A stretch of 45,740 nt of DNA, taken from assembly GCA_964582065.1 (NCBI GenBank), contig CAZOQG010000002.1, forward strand, positions 1 through 45,740. Reading direction: 5' to 3'. Position 1 is the stretch's first letter, and every line of letters starts with the position of its first letter. Below, in pieces: positions 1-8,386 of the stretch. The notes below the pieces were generated by a model. That model had not been told where the DNA came from and did no database searches. It saw only the letters and a program-made list of their open reading frames with translations. This DNA comes from an uncultured Dehalococcoidales bacterium (GTDB lineage: Bacteria; Chloroflexota; Dehalococcoidia; GIF9; UBA5629). The position numbers and the translations under genes are program-made.

Positions 1-633
1 GACTATGGGTACCTCGGCAGCTCGGGCATGATTTATAGCTTCTACAGTCTGCGGCATCACTCCATCATCAGCGGCTACTACGAGTACAGCGATATTAGTA
101 GCCCGCGCGCCTCGAGCCCTCATGGCGGTGAAAGCCTGATGCCCTGGTGTGTCCAGAAAAGTGATTCTTCGCTCGTTCACCTCAGCTTGGTAAGCTCCAA
201 TATGCTGAGTAATAGCCCCTGCTTCGGAGGCAATTATGTTGCTTTGGCGAATAGCGTCAAGAAGGCTTGTCTTACCGTGGTCAACATGCCCCATGATGGT
301 AATTACTGGTGGGCAAGGAGAGAGTTTACCACCTTTTGCTGTCGCAGAGGGTTTTGTTTGAACAGGCACTGGTTGCTTATTAGCTTTGTAACCAAAATTG
401 GCCGCTATCACTGCCGCGGTGTCAAAATCAATGGCCTGGTTAATGTTGGCCATGACGCCGGTTCTCATGAGCTGCTTGATAACCTCGACTGCACCTATGC
501 CCAAGAGGTCTGCCAATTGCTTTACGCTCAGAGCCGAGGGGAGGTCAACCTGAGGCAACTCCTGTGAGCCGGAGTCAGCCCCTTGGCCATCCTTGTCTTG
601 TTTCACAATCGGTTCTTTCTTGTCGTCACTCAT
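1..633 (-). CDS. infB: Translation initiation factor IF-2, N-terminal part (gene runs off the window start)
   Basis: Absent from the ORF track because it is truncated by the window edge. My reverse translation from the ATG at 633-631 gives [17 protein letters not shown]...[48 protein letters not shown]...[20 protein letters not shown]...[18 protein letters not shown]...[15 protein letters not shown]1 (GHVDHGKT) and G3 (DTPGH) GTPase motifs are present. The start overlaps the ylxR stop as ATGA, and the order nusA-ylxR-infB is canonical. Confidence 0.9.
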   Translation of the reverse strand, partial: MSDDKKEPIVKQDKDGQGADSGSQELPQVDLPSALSVKQLADLLGIGAVEVIKQLMRTGVMANINQAIDFDTAAVIAANFGYKANKQPVPVQTKPSATAKGGKLSPCPPVITIMGHVDHGKTSLLDAIRQSNIIASEAGAITQHIGAYQAEVNERRITFLDTPGHQAFTAMRARGARATNIAVLVVAADDGVMPQTVEAINHARAAEVPIV

Positions 634-956
634 CCCCGGTTATCTCTCCCTGATGGCAGGCTGTTGCCGTATTGTACCAGCGCCTGGCGGTTTTCCATAG
701 TGAGCTTGGTCCGCAAAGTATATTCCAGGCGGTTACCTTTTAGCCCTGTCTCCCAGCATTCACGTACTGGGCACAAATAAGCTCCCCGGCCTGTCTTTTT
801 GCCCTTGGGGTCTATCTCTACAGTGCCAGCACTGCATACCAAACGGACCAAATCTCTCTTTGCCTTTGGTTCTCGGCAGGCCACGCAGCTACGCTCGGGT
901 ATGCGCCTATACGGCAGACTTTGCTTCTTCGAACTCCTTTTCAAGTTCGTCTTCAT
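630..956 (-). CDS. ylxR: YlxR/DUF448 family RNA-binding protein
   Basis: The track ORF 630..1091 is trimmed to the internal Met ([11 protein letters not shown]...), which lies 20 nt downstream of the nusA stop. The motif [19 protein letters not shown]...GRGAYLCP is typical of YlxR. The gene sits between nusA and infB. Confidence 0.8.
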   Translation of the reverse strand: MKTNLKRSSKKQSLPYRRIPERSCVACREPKAKRDLVRLVCSAGTVEIDPKGKKTGRGAYLCPVRECWETGLKGNRLEYTLRTKLTMENRQALVQYGNSLPSGRDNRG

Positions 957-975
957 CTGGATAGCTCTCCGGTCT

Positions 976-2580
976 TCAACCTGCTTTCTTGGTTTTGCTC
1001 CCACCTTTTCTCGACTCGGCAGCCTTCTTCCCCGTCTTCTTTGCTTTAGCTGACTTTGCAGGCAGGATATCCACTTTCTCTGCTGAAGCATCTACTGTTT
1101 GGGATTGCTCCTCAAGTTTGTCTTCGGCTACCGAAGAGCTTGGTACGTACAATTGCTCTTCAAGTTCATCTTCCTCTGGATAACTCACTCGTCTTGAACG
1201 CGCTTTCTTAGCCTTGCTTCTGCCTTCTTCCGACTCTGCAGTCTTGTTGCTGCTCTTTTTTGCTTTAGCTGGCCTCGGAGGCAGGATGTCTTCGGCGAAA
1301 CGAATCTGGGGTGCCTGTGCAGGCTCGGCTGGTGACGGAATCTCCGAAGCTAAAACAAGCTCGTAGTCAGTGGAAGCTGCAGCTACCTCGGCCATTTCTT
1401 TCTCAGCTACTGGCTCTGGTTCACTGACTGGTTCTGAAGTCAGGGGTTCCTCAGCAGTGGCAAGCTCAGGGATGAGTTCCTCCAATTCGGTGGTTGTCTC
1501 CTCCGCTTCCACAGCAGCTTCTGTGACCAAACTCGCCTTCGCCGCTTCGATGGCAGAAGTGCTCTTAATATCGATTCGCCAGCCAGTTAGCTTTGCCGCC
1601 AGTCTGGCATTTTGACCCTCTTTGCCAATAGCCAGTGACAGCTGTCTATCGGGGACGCCGACCACAGCAGTGCCTTCTGCTTGGTTGAATTCCACGCTTG
1701 ATACTTGGGCTGGGCTGAGAGCATTGGCGACAAACTTTGCCGGGTCCTCATCCCATCCGACCACATCTATCTTTTCACCATTTAACTCATTTACGATGCT
1801 TTGTATTCTGATACCACGCAGCCCCACACAGCAACCTACCGGGTCAACACCCTCTTGGCGTGCTGCCACAGCCACCTTGCTTCGATAGCCTGCCTCACGG
1901 GCAACTGACTTTAGGTCTACAGTGCCGCTACATATTTCAGGGACCTCCAGCTCAAAAAGCCTGCGTAACAAGTTGCGATGCGCTCGTGACACTATTATCT
2001 GAGGCCCTCTGCTAGTTCTGGTCACGTCTAGGAGATACAGTTTCAATCTTTGTCCGATGCGATGACGCTCGTTGTGCACCTGTTCGCTGCTTGGAAGTAT
2101 TGCCTCAGCTTTGCCCAGGTCAACGTAAATCTGCTCCGGGGTAATGCGCTGTACCCTCCCAGTAACGATGTCCTCCTCTTTGCCGGTGAACTCCTCGTAA
2201 ATTGCGTGGTGCTCGGCCTCATGCAGCCGCTGTAGAATAACCTGTCTTGCTGTCTGAGCAGCAATACGCCCAGCGTTCGGCGGTGTGGATTCTATATTGA
2301 CAACTTCGCCAATCTGGGTAGTTTTGTTGATTTCCTTGGCTTCAGTGAGGGATATCTCGCGAAGTGGGTCAGTTAGCGTCTCAACCACTGCTTTCTTGAC
2401 ATAAACCTTAACTTCGCCGGTGTTGGGATCAACCTTGGCTGAGATATCTTGGCCAGCGGCGAAAGCATCTTTCCTATAAGCTGAAACGAGTGCTGACTCC
2501 ACAGCGGCCAGGACTACTCCCTTAGGCAGATGCTTCTCAGCTGACAGCTGGGTAAGGGCAACCATAAATTCAGTTTTCAT
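976..2580 (-). CDS. nusA: Transcription termination/antitermination factor NusA with a long charged C-terminal extension
   Basis: The track ORF 976..2706 is trimmed to the ATG at 2580 (MKTEFMVALTQLSAEKHLPKGVVLAAVESAL...). The S1 and KH regions are recognisable (GRVQRITPEQIYVDLG; VGCCVGLRGIRIQSIVNELNGEKIDVV; AIGKEGQNARLAAKLTGWRIDIKS). The upstream 42 codons overlap the promoter/terminator region and are unlikely to be coding. Confidence 0.9.
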   Translation of the reverse strand: MKTEFMVALTQLSAEKHLPKGVVLAAVESALVSAYRKDAFAAGQDISAKVDPNTGEVKVYVKKAVVETLTDPLREISLTEAKEINKTTQIGEVVNIESTPPNAGRIAAQTARQVILQRLHEAEHHAIYEEFTGKEEDIVTGRVQRITPEQIYVDLGKAEAILPSSEQVHNERHRIGQRLKLYLLDVTRTSRGPQIIVSRAHRNLLRRLFELEVPEICSGTVDLKSVAREAGYRSKVAVAARQEGVDPVGCCVGLRGIRIQSIVNELNGEKIDVVGWDEDPAKFVANALSPAQVSSVEFNQAEGTAVVGVPDRQLSLAIGKEGQNARLAAKLTGWRIDIKSTSAIEAAKASLVTEAAVEAEETTTELEELIPELATAEEPLTSEPVSEPEPVAEKEMAEVAAASTDYELVLASEIPSPAEPAQAPQIRFAEDILPPRPAKAKKSSNKTAESEEGRSKAKKARSRRVSYPEEDELEEQLYVPSSSVAEDKLEEQSQTVDASAEKVDILPAKSAKAKKTGKKAAESRKGGSKTKKAG

Positions 2581-2620
2581 CGAATACCGCTCGGCCCCCG
2601 GTTTTCTATTCCCTTTGTTA

Positions 2621-2650
2621 ACAAAAAAGTGGGAACTTGGCCCCACTTTT
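2621..2650 (-). terminator. Intrinsic-terminator-like hairpin in the nusA leader (possible attenuator)
   Basis: The minus strand reads AAAAGTGGG-GCCAAGTT-CCCACTTTTTTGTT. This is a 9-bp stem with an 8-nt loop followed by a T6 run. It ends about 40 nt upstream of the nusA ATG and lies downstream of the predicted promoter at 2678..2706. Confidence 0.55.
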
Positions 2651-2677
2651 CTAGATATAGTCTTAGGTTCCTTTTGC

Positions 2678-2706
2678 ACTATAACACAAGTAAAACAAAA
2701 ATGCAA
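2678..2706 (-). promoter_or_regulatory. Sigma70-type promoter for the nusA-ylxR-infB operon
   Basis: The minus strand reads TTGCAT (2706-2701), a 17-nt spacer ending in TGT, then TATAGT (2683-2678). This is a near-consensus -35 box plus an extended -10 box (TGnTATAGT). Confidence 0.5.
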
Positions 2707-2972
2707 ATGAAGCTCGCTAGCGCATCATTTGTTCATCCTCTCGCCTGTGTTTTCCAGCCACTGAGCTTGGTGACGACGTGGTAAACTTCAATTTCGGCAG
2801 TGTCCTCTGGTGCAACTTATGTTTTGAGTTCGCAAAGTGAGTTGAAAGTCCGTGTTGCGGTCGAGGGAACCCAGTGCTTACGACCAGGCGGGGACCTGAG
2901 CATCTAGGACTTGGGTTAGACTCCAGGCATGGCTCACAGTTGACTCAGGTTCAGTTCGGTATCGGACACTGT

Positions 2973-3689
2973 TCACTCTGGCGCCAGGCTGCCAAAGCGA
3001 CGCTGCCGCTGACTAAAGATAGTGAGAGCTTTGTCAATCTCTTTCTTGTCAAAGTCAGGCCACAGGACTGGTGTGAAATAGATTTCAGCGTAGGCGGACT
3101 GCCACGTCAGGAAGTTGCTAAGTCGCATTTCGCCACCAGTGCGTATAATCAGGTCAGGGTCGGGAATGCCGGCGGTATAAAGATATTGACCGACGACAGT
3201 TTCATCTACGTCCTGTGCCGGGATACCTTTGAGGATAAGACGCCGCGTTGCCTCCACAATCTCATCCCTGCCTCCGTAGTTAAAAGCTAAGCCAAGAGTC
3301 ATCCTGGTATTATCTTGGGTCAGCTCCAGAGCCCGCCTTATCGCGTCCTGCATTTTGGGCGATAGTCCGTTAAGCTTACCCAGGTGATGGATTCTTATCC
3401 CCTCTTTCTGGGCAAGGCTAATCCCTTCATCAAGCCTTTTCCCTAGGAGTCGGAACAGCCCCCTTACTTCACGTTGTGGTCGGTTCCAATTCTCAGTTGA
3501 GAAAGCATATAAGGTGAGGTAGGGGATCTTGTATTCGACAAAGACTTCAACGACATGCTGGGCGGTGGTAGCTCCCTGCTTATGCCCTACCAGTCTGGGC
3601 AGGCCGCGTTGCCTGGCCCACCGGCCGTTACCATCCATGATAATGGCTACGTGCTGAGGTAGACGCTTCAATTGCCCTGGTGACCTCAT
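2973..3689 (-). CDS. uppS: Isoprenyl transferase (undecaprenyl-diphosphate synthase family)
   Basis: HVAIIMDGNGRWA...LTLYAFSTENWNRP...IRTGGEMRLSNFLTWQSAYAEIYF are hallmark cis-prenyltransferase motifs. The product is 238 aa. Confidence 0.9.
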   Translation of the reverse strand: MRSPGQLKRLPQHVAIIMDGNGRWARQRGLPRLVGHKQGATTAQHVVEVFVEYKIPYLTLYAFSTENWNRPQREVRGLFRLLGKRLDEGISLAQKEGIRIHHLGKLNGLSPKMQDAIRRALELTQDNTRMTLGLAFNYGGRDEIVEATRRLILKGIPAQDVDETVVGQYLYTAGIPDPDLIIRTGGEMRLSNFLTWQSAYAEIYFTPVLWPDFDKKEIDKALTIFSQRQRRFGSLAPE

Positions 3690-3786
3690 TCCAGACTCAA
3701 CATCGATGGAAATCTACAATTTCTCAACAGTTCTGCTCCCGGTTATCGGTGCCAGCCAAGCCAAGTACAGAGGCTCTCGGATTGTG

Positions 3787-5121
3787 CTAGGTCTCTCCGC
3801 CTAATTTCTCAAGTTTTTCTTTGAGCTTCTTTTTCTTTGTTTCGTCCAACTCAGGCTGGTTGCGCAGAACCCGGTAATGAGGCTCAGCCAGAATCTTCTT
3901 GCCTGGCTCGAGGTCTTTTGTGAGGCAAACATGAGAACCGACAATAGAGTTTGGACCAATTCTCGTGCCAGGCATAACGCTGGCATTGATTCCGGTCTTG
4001 CAGTTATCGCCGACTATGGCGCCCAGCTTATCTCGCCCCGTATCAACGACTTCATCTCCAACCCTCACCGAGATATTCTGCTCGTCAAAACGGAAGTTCG
4101 CTAGGACCGTACCAGCACCAAATGAACAATCCTTGCCTATCACGGAGTCGCCAATGTAGCTGGAATGAAACCAGCAGCGGTCGCCGATATAGGAACTCTT
4201 GACTTCCGTGCAGTAGCCGATAACACAATCAGCGCCGATATGGCTGTAGTCTCGCACTAGAGCATTGTTGCCGATGATGCAATTGGGGCCAATGTAGACC
4301 GGCCCCCTTATTACGGCATTTTCTAGCACCCTGACATTATCGCCAATAATGACTCTGCCTTCGATAGTGGCCTTTTCTGAGATGGAAGCTGAAGCAGAAA
4401 TCCGTGGCTGACACGTATTTAAGAAATGGTTGACCACTTCGAGGATATGCCACGGGTATTTTATGGGTGCCCAGAAATCGGGATAGGGTACCACCCTAAT
4501 TTTGTATCCATCTTTGGCCAGGTTATCCAGCGCGCATTCGTAGACATCATCCCTTGTGGTTTCGACTTTTTCAATATACTCCAGGACTTTCTTGGGTTCG
4601 GTGTGGAGATGGACTAGGATGTTTACCAAGTGGCTTGGCTCCTGGCCCGGCTTCGGCTTTTCCACGATGTGTTTCAGCTCATTCGTTGAGTCTACTGCTA
4701 AATAGCCTCCAGGGAAGTAGTCCTTGACTTCATAGCCCAACATATATGAAGCAGCAGCCCTTTTTTTTCTTTCTTGGACGAGGCTGGTGTACGCCGAGAC
4801 TGTGAAAACGTCGTTGGGATTCACTACCACGATGTCCCCGTCTAGAAAAGGTTGAGCGCTTTTCAAAGCATCGGCTATACCTAACGGTTGTCGCTGTAAG
4901 GCCACTTCAATCTTGACACCGGGACTCACCCTGGTTATTTGCTCTATCTGTTCCATATTTGCCGGGTTACCGATGACTAAGAACTGGTTCAAGCCGGCTT
5001 CTTTGGCCATTTCCATCTGGTGTTCAAAGAGTGTTTTGCCTAAGAAATCGAGCAGTAGCTTGTCCTCGGTGATGGGGGACATCCTTTTACCAATACCGCC
5101 ACAGAGAAAGACTACTTTCAT
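3787..5121 (-). CDS. Sugar-phosphate nucleotidyltransferase fused to a left-handed beta-helix (hexapeptide repeat) domain
   Basis: The N-terminus MKVVFLCGGIGKRMSPITEDKLLLDFLGK matches the NTP-transferase G-x-G-x-R signature. The C-terminal half is rich in hexapeptide repeats (IGDNVRV.ENAVI.GPVYIGPNCIIGNNALV...). The substrate cannot be assigned from sequence. Confidence 0.75.
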   Translation of the reverse strand: MKVVFLCGGIGKRMSPITEDKLLLDFLGKTLFEHQMEMAKEAGLNQFLVIGNPANMEQIEQITRVSPGVKIEVALQRQPLGIADALKSAQPFLDGDIVVVNPNDVFTVSAYTSLVQERKKRAAASYMLGYEVKDYFPGGYLAVDSTNELKHIVEKPKPGQEPSHLVNILVHLHTEPKKVLEYIEKVETTRDDVYECALDNLAKDGYKIRVVPYPDFWAPIKYPWHILEVVNHFLNTCQPRISASASISEKATIEGRVIIGDNVRVLENAVIRGPVYIGPNCIIGNNALVRDYSHIGADCVIGYCTEVKSSYIGDRCWFHSSYIGDSVIGKDCSFGAGTVLANFRFDEQNISVRVGDEVVDTGRDKLGAIVGDNCKTGINASVMPGTRIGPNSIVGSHVCLTKDLEPGKKILAEPHYRVLRNQPELDETKKKKLKEKLEKLGGET

Positions 5122-5219
5122 GCTTTCATCCTACGCTTGGCCACACAATCAGGCAGACCTTTTGTCTCATTTTACTCCATTTTTCAATCTCGTGGTATTG
5201 TCTAGCATTTGATGGTCAC

Positions 5220-6410
5220 CTAATCACCCGTGGTTGCATTATTTCTTGACAGCGTCTTAATCGCCTGGGTGGGAATACTAACGGCCAAATGCTTCAGCGT
5301 CTTCAAGATAAGCTGACCATGCCAATCGAAGGAGAGCTCCTCCAACCCAGTTATGAACTGGGGTATGCCATTGTCGCTTGCAAAATTGTGCAGGCGCTCA
5401 ATCTGCCGATTGTTCAGCCTTTCATATAGTTGATGCGCCCAATAGCCGGTTCGGAGCTCCTTGCCTAGCTTGGCCCGCCACTGTTTCTGATAAGAAGCCA
5501 GTTTGGGTGCGGAGAAGTCGTTGGCTAGAAATGCCTGGTGAAGACTGTCAGCGGCCATATCAGCACATAGGAGACCGTAATATATACCGCCACCAGTGGT
5601 CGGTTTGACCTGACCAGCTGCCTCGCCGACTGCCAGTATTCGGTCAGCATATGTTCTGGGGAGAGGTCGGAGGGGAATGGCACCGTAACCCTGAACGACT
5701 TTGGCTGAGGCTATTTTGGCTTGAGCTTTCAGGTTTGACAGCAACTTGTTCAAGTAGTACTCTGGCTGCTGACGAGTCATCAGTCCGGCCAGGCCTTTGC
5801 TATCTCTGGTAGGCACCAGCCAGGCAAAACCACCGGGAGCCAGAGTCTGGTCGAAATAGACCTCCACCTCATCGACTCCGTCCATATTTACGTCGGCCTG
5901 AGCTCCAACGATAAAGTTGCTTATCTTCCCTAAATGAAGCTTACCGGGCAGAGACGAGCCAAACCCGGTGGCAATAACCGCTGTCTCGGCTTCAAATAGG
6001 CTATTCTGCCCGCAGCAGTCTGCTTCCACACGAAGACAATCTGCTCCAATCTGAATATCTGCCACCTGAGCACTGAAAAGATAATTAGCGCCTGCTGCCT
6101 GAGCTCGGCTGGCCAGTGCCCGGTCAAGCGCTGGCCGGTCAAGAATATAGGACACCGCATCATCTCGCCACAGCCTAAGCGACTTGCCTGAGGGAACGAA
6201 GAATCTGGCTGAGCTGGCTTGCCTGACAATGAGGCTATTGTCAATAGCCAGTAACTTAAGGCATTCCCTGCCAACAATGCCGGTGCAGCAAATATCCTGC
6301 CCTGCAGCCGCTTTCTTGTCCAGGACGAGTACCTTGTGGTCAAGCCGGGCTAACCTGGCAGCGAGATAGCTGCCAATCGGTCCGGCGCCAATTATGACAG
6401 TGTTATACAA
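5220..6410 (-). CDS. FAD-dependent oxidoreductase, geranylgeranyl reductase family
   Basis: The N-terminal dinucleotide-binding motif is YNTVIIGAGPIGSYLAARLARLDHKVLVLDKK. The GEAAGQVKPTTGGGIYYG motif is typical of geranylgeranyl reductases. The start is TTG with a GAGGA Shine-Dalgarno 5 nt upstream. Confidence 0.8.
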   Translation of the reverse strand: MYNTVIIGAGPIGSYLAARLARLDHKVLVLDKKAAAGQDICCTGIVGRECLKLLAIDNSLIVRQASSARFFVPSGKSLRLWRDDAVSYILDRPALDRALASRAQAAGANYLFSAQVADIQIGADCLRVEADCCGQNSLFEAETAVIATGFGSSLPGKLHLGKISNFIVGAQADVNMDGVDEVEVYFDQTLAPGGFAWLVPTRDSKGLAGLMTRQQPEYYLNKLLSNLKAQAKIASAKVVQGYGAIPLRPLPRTYADRILAVGEAAGQVKPTTGGGIYYGLLCADMAADSLHQAFLANDFSAPKLASYQKQWRAKLGKELRTGYWAHQLYERLNNRQIERLHNFASDNGIPQFITGLEELSFDWHGQLILKTLKHLAVSIPTQAIKTLSRNNATTGD

Positions 6411-6490
6411 TATTGTCCTCTAATGTATTGTGATTTCTTGAGGTGGCTTGGCGAGGCTAGAGCCCTCCTGTGCACACGTCTAATAGTACA

Positions 6491-6991
6491 CTACGGGGAT
6501 ATAACATCGATATACAGGTGGAGGGGGTCGTCGAGGTAGGGTTCATCTTCATCGTTCTTGTACAAACAAAAATCCACTCTCTGCCTTTCACCGACTACTT
6601 GAGGAATGAAACTGACTCTTTCTTCCCACCCTTCCTTGTGAGCCAGTGTGCCTACAGTTACGTTGGTTTTCTCGGTGCCCTCTATCGTTATCTTCACCAG
6701 ATAGCTGGCCGGCTGATACTCGTGGTTGACTACACCGACGACTATATCAACAGGGTCACCCAATATTACTTGCTTTGGGTAGCCCTCAGCCTTACCTTCT
6801 GTGCCCAGGATGTAGAATTCGGTAAACTTCTCGCCTTGATTTGGCGTAGCCACAAAGTAGCCAAGGCAGCCTAATGCTGCCACTATAGCTACCATCAGGG
6901 ATATAGATAAGCCTGTATCTAGCTTGCTCGTGCCTAGCCAGTTAGGCAAGCCTGCGTTCACGGAACATACCAGCCAACTATTGAGTTTCAT
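6491..6991 (-). CDS. Single-pass membrane protein resembling the C-terminal extracytoplasmic part of DUF1616 proteins
   Basis: The track ORF is trimmed to the ATG at 6991 (MKLNSWL...). One TM helix is present (LSISLMVAIVAALGCLGYFVA). It is followed by EKFTEFYILGTEGKAEGYP...VVNHEYQPASY, which I recognise as DUF1616-like. It appears to lack the usual N-terminal TM bundle. Confidence 0.45.
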   Translation of the reverse strand: MKLNSWLVCSVNAGLPNWLGTSKLDTGLSISLMVAIVAALGCLGYFVATPNQGEKFTEFYILGTEGKAEGYPKQVILGDPVDIVVGVVNHEYQPASYLVKITIEGTEKTNVTVGTLAHKEGWEERVSFIPQVVGERQRVDFCLYKNDEDEPYLDDPLHLYIDVISP

Positions 6992-7428
6992 TCCATAATC
7001 GATGCAAATTATACATAGGTGCCATCTAACCTGCAATGATTGGTTGCACTTCTCTTTGCGGCCTATGGGCAAGCGCTTATTGCCATCGCCGGAATCGCTA
7101 ACGCTTGGCGGATTGTCTTCCAGCTGGCTGACGTGGCGGTGTCCAGAGACCTATTTGCTGCCATTCTGGAGAGGATAACCCGGTTATGCCTGTCACCCGG
7201 CTGAGGACACCTGAGAGCAAGCAGGCAGCTGAAAAAGATAGGAGAAGTATCGTCTTTTTTCGGGTGGACAGCTTCGCCAGCGCTGATAGACGAGGATTCT
7301 GAGGTCTGTAGTGCACGGCTCGCATGTCCAGGACTACTGCGGGGCTCCGAGAGGGGGATTGACAACCAGGTGCCATGGATATATTATTAGTGACAAGAGC
7401 GATGAGGGTCAGGATACCTAATCGCGAA

Positions 7429-7506
7429 TTGAAATGGGAAATCCCGAATTATGGGTGAGGATCACCTCATTGTGAGTTGAAATGGGAAATCCCAAATAAT
7501 AGGTGA
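7429..7506 (+). repeat. Two 30-nt direct repeats, period 48 nt
   Basis: ttgaaatgggaaatcccgaattatgggtga (7429-7458) and ttgaaatgggaaatcccaaataataggtga (7477-7506). Both contain TGGGAAATCC, which recurs at 17993-18002. A related sequence occurs near 34112-34140. Confidence 0.8.
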
Positions 7507-7526
7507 ACCTATCGATAGTACTATTC

Positions 7527-7554
7527 TTGACAGCCCAAAATATTTTGCTACAAT
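7527..7554 (+). promoter_or_regulatory. Sigma70-type promoter for the 7608 membrane-protein gene
   Basis: TTGACA (7527-7532), a 16-nt spacer, then TACAAT (7549-7554). It lies about 55 nt upstream of the ATG at 7608, which has an AAGGAGG Shine-Dalgarno. Confidence 0.5.
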
Positions 7555-7607
7555 ATGATAAAATGAATATGCGGGGTAGCAAAAATAAAAAAGGAGGTAA
7601 TTAATTC

Positions 7608-7961
7608 ATGAAAAAAACTTGGGTATTGGTCAGTTTCATATTGTTTTGCATAGGCCTGGTACTAGCTGTTATTGGAGGTATAGTACTTCCCGCAAATGCC
7701 ATCATTGCAATGGTACTAGCAGTCTTCGGCCTGGCAATCGGGATTATCTATGTTGTCTATGCCAAACAAGTTGAGGGCTTGCATACCTTGCTTCTCGCTA
7801 CCATAGCCCTGCTGGCAATGACAGCTGCTTTCACCCCCATTGCAGTTCTGGGCGTAGGTGCAGCAGTTACCAGCATGCTCGTGAATTTTGCTGCTCTGAT
7901 GGCACCAGTGGCCCTTATTGCTGCAGCAAAAGCACTGCTAACAATAGGTATGGAGAGGTAG
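7608..7961 (+). CDS. Small polytopic membrane protein, unknown function
   Basis: The 117-aa product is almost entirely hydrophobic, with 3-4 predicted TM helices rich in A/I/L/V/G. It has a strong Shine-Dalgarno (aaaggaggtaattaattcATG) and a consensus promoter upstream. Confidence 0.65.
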   Translation: MKKTWVLVSFILFCIGLVLAVIGGIVLPANAIIAMVLAVFGLAIGIIYVVYAKQVEGLHTLLLATIALLAMTAAFTPIAVLGVGAAVTSMLVNFAALMAPVALIAAAKALLTIGMER

Positions 7962-8386
7962 CTTTAAGAAGTAGTCTAGCCTATAATCCAGAGCTAGACA
8001 AATCTCTGCAAATCCTGTATTATTGGTTATGGGGGTCACCATACCATGAGGCGTATGGTTGTTGGCCACAGGTATTCGGTTCTGGTCAGGTATGGATGGC
8101 CCCCTACTGCTGCCTCATTGAATTAGTTCATAGCCCTTAAACATATCTTCTCAACTCAAATAGCTTGCCGCAGTGCGGGCATCGAGGGCAGCACTCCTCA
8201 CATTGAGCGACTTCCCCCACCGGACCGACCGCACACTCGCCGTTATGTTCAAGCTGGCGAGGCAGGTAGATGGCGTCACATTTCTTACAATAGCGGACGC
8301 TTGGTTTTTCCCACTTAACATAGTGACAGTAATCGATATGGAAGATGCCGGCTTAATGCTGGCGCAAGCCGAAGGATAAGGAGAAT

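Noticed and set aside
28-567. Plus-strand 179-aa ORF, together with many similar antisense ORFs (1370-1615, 3877-4159, 14893-15174, 16360-16752, 30568-30894, 37477-38016, 44924-45517).
   Set aside because: Each lies fully antisense within a strongly supported minus-strand gene (infB, nusA, sucD, sucC, lysS, folC and others). Their compositions are nondescript or low-complexity.
2841-2852. gttgaaagtccg resembles the conserved GAGGAAAGUCCG core of bacterial RNase P RNA.
   Set aside because: The surrounding sequence lacks the following GGGCUCCA-type P4/P5 context and the 3' ACAGAACCCGGCUUA-like element. Too little non-coding space (about 130 nt) remains before the uppS gene for a 350-400-nt RNA.
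6992-7376. Possible frameshifted N-terminal (TM bundle) remnant of the DUF1616-like gene. ORFs 7063-7365 and 7098-7376 contain hydrophobic stretches.
   Set aside because: I could not align any frame convincingly to the DUF1616 N-terminal pattern by eye. Without a search, a pseudogene call would be unsupported.
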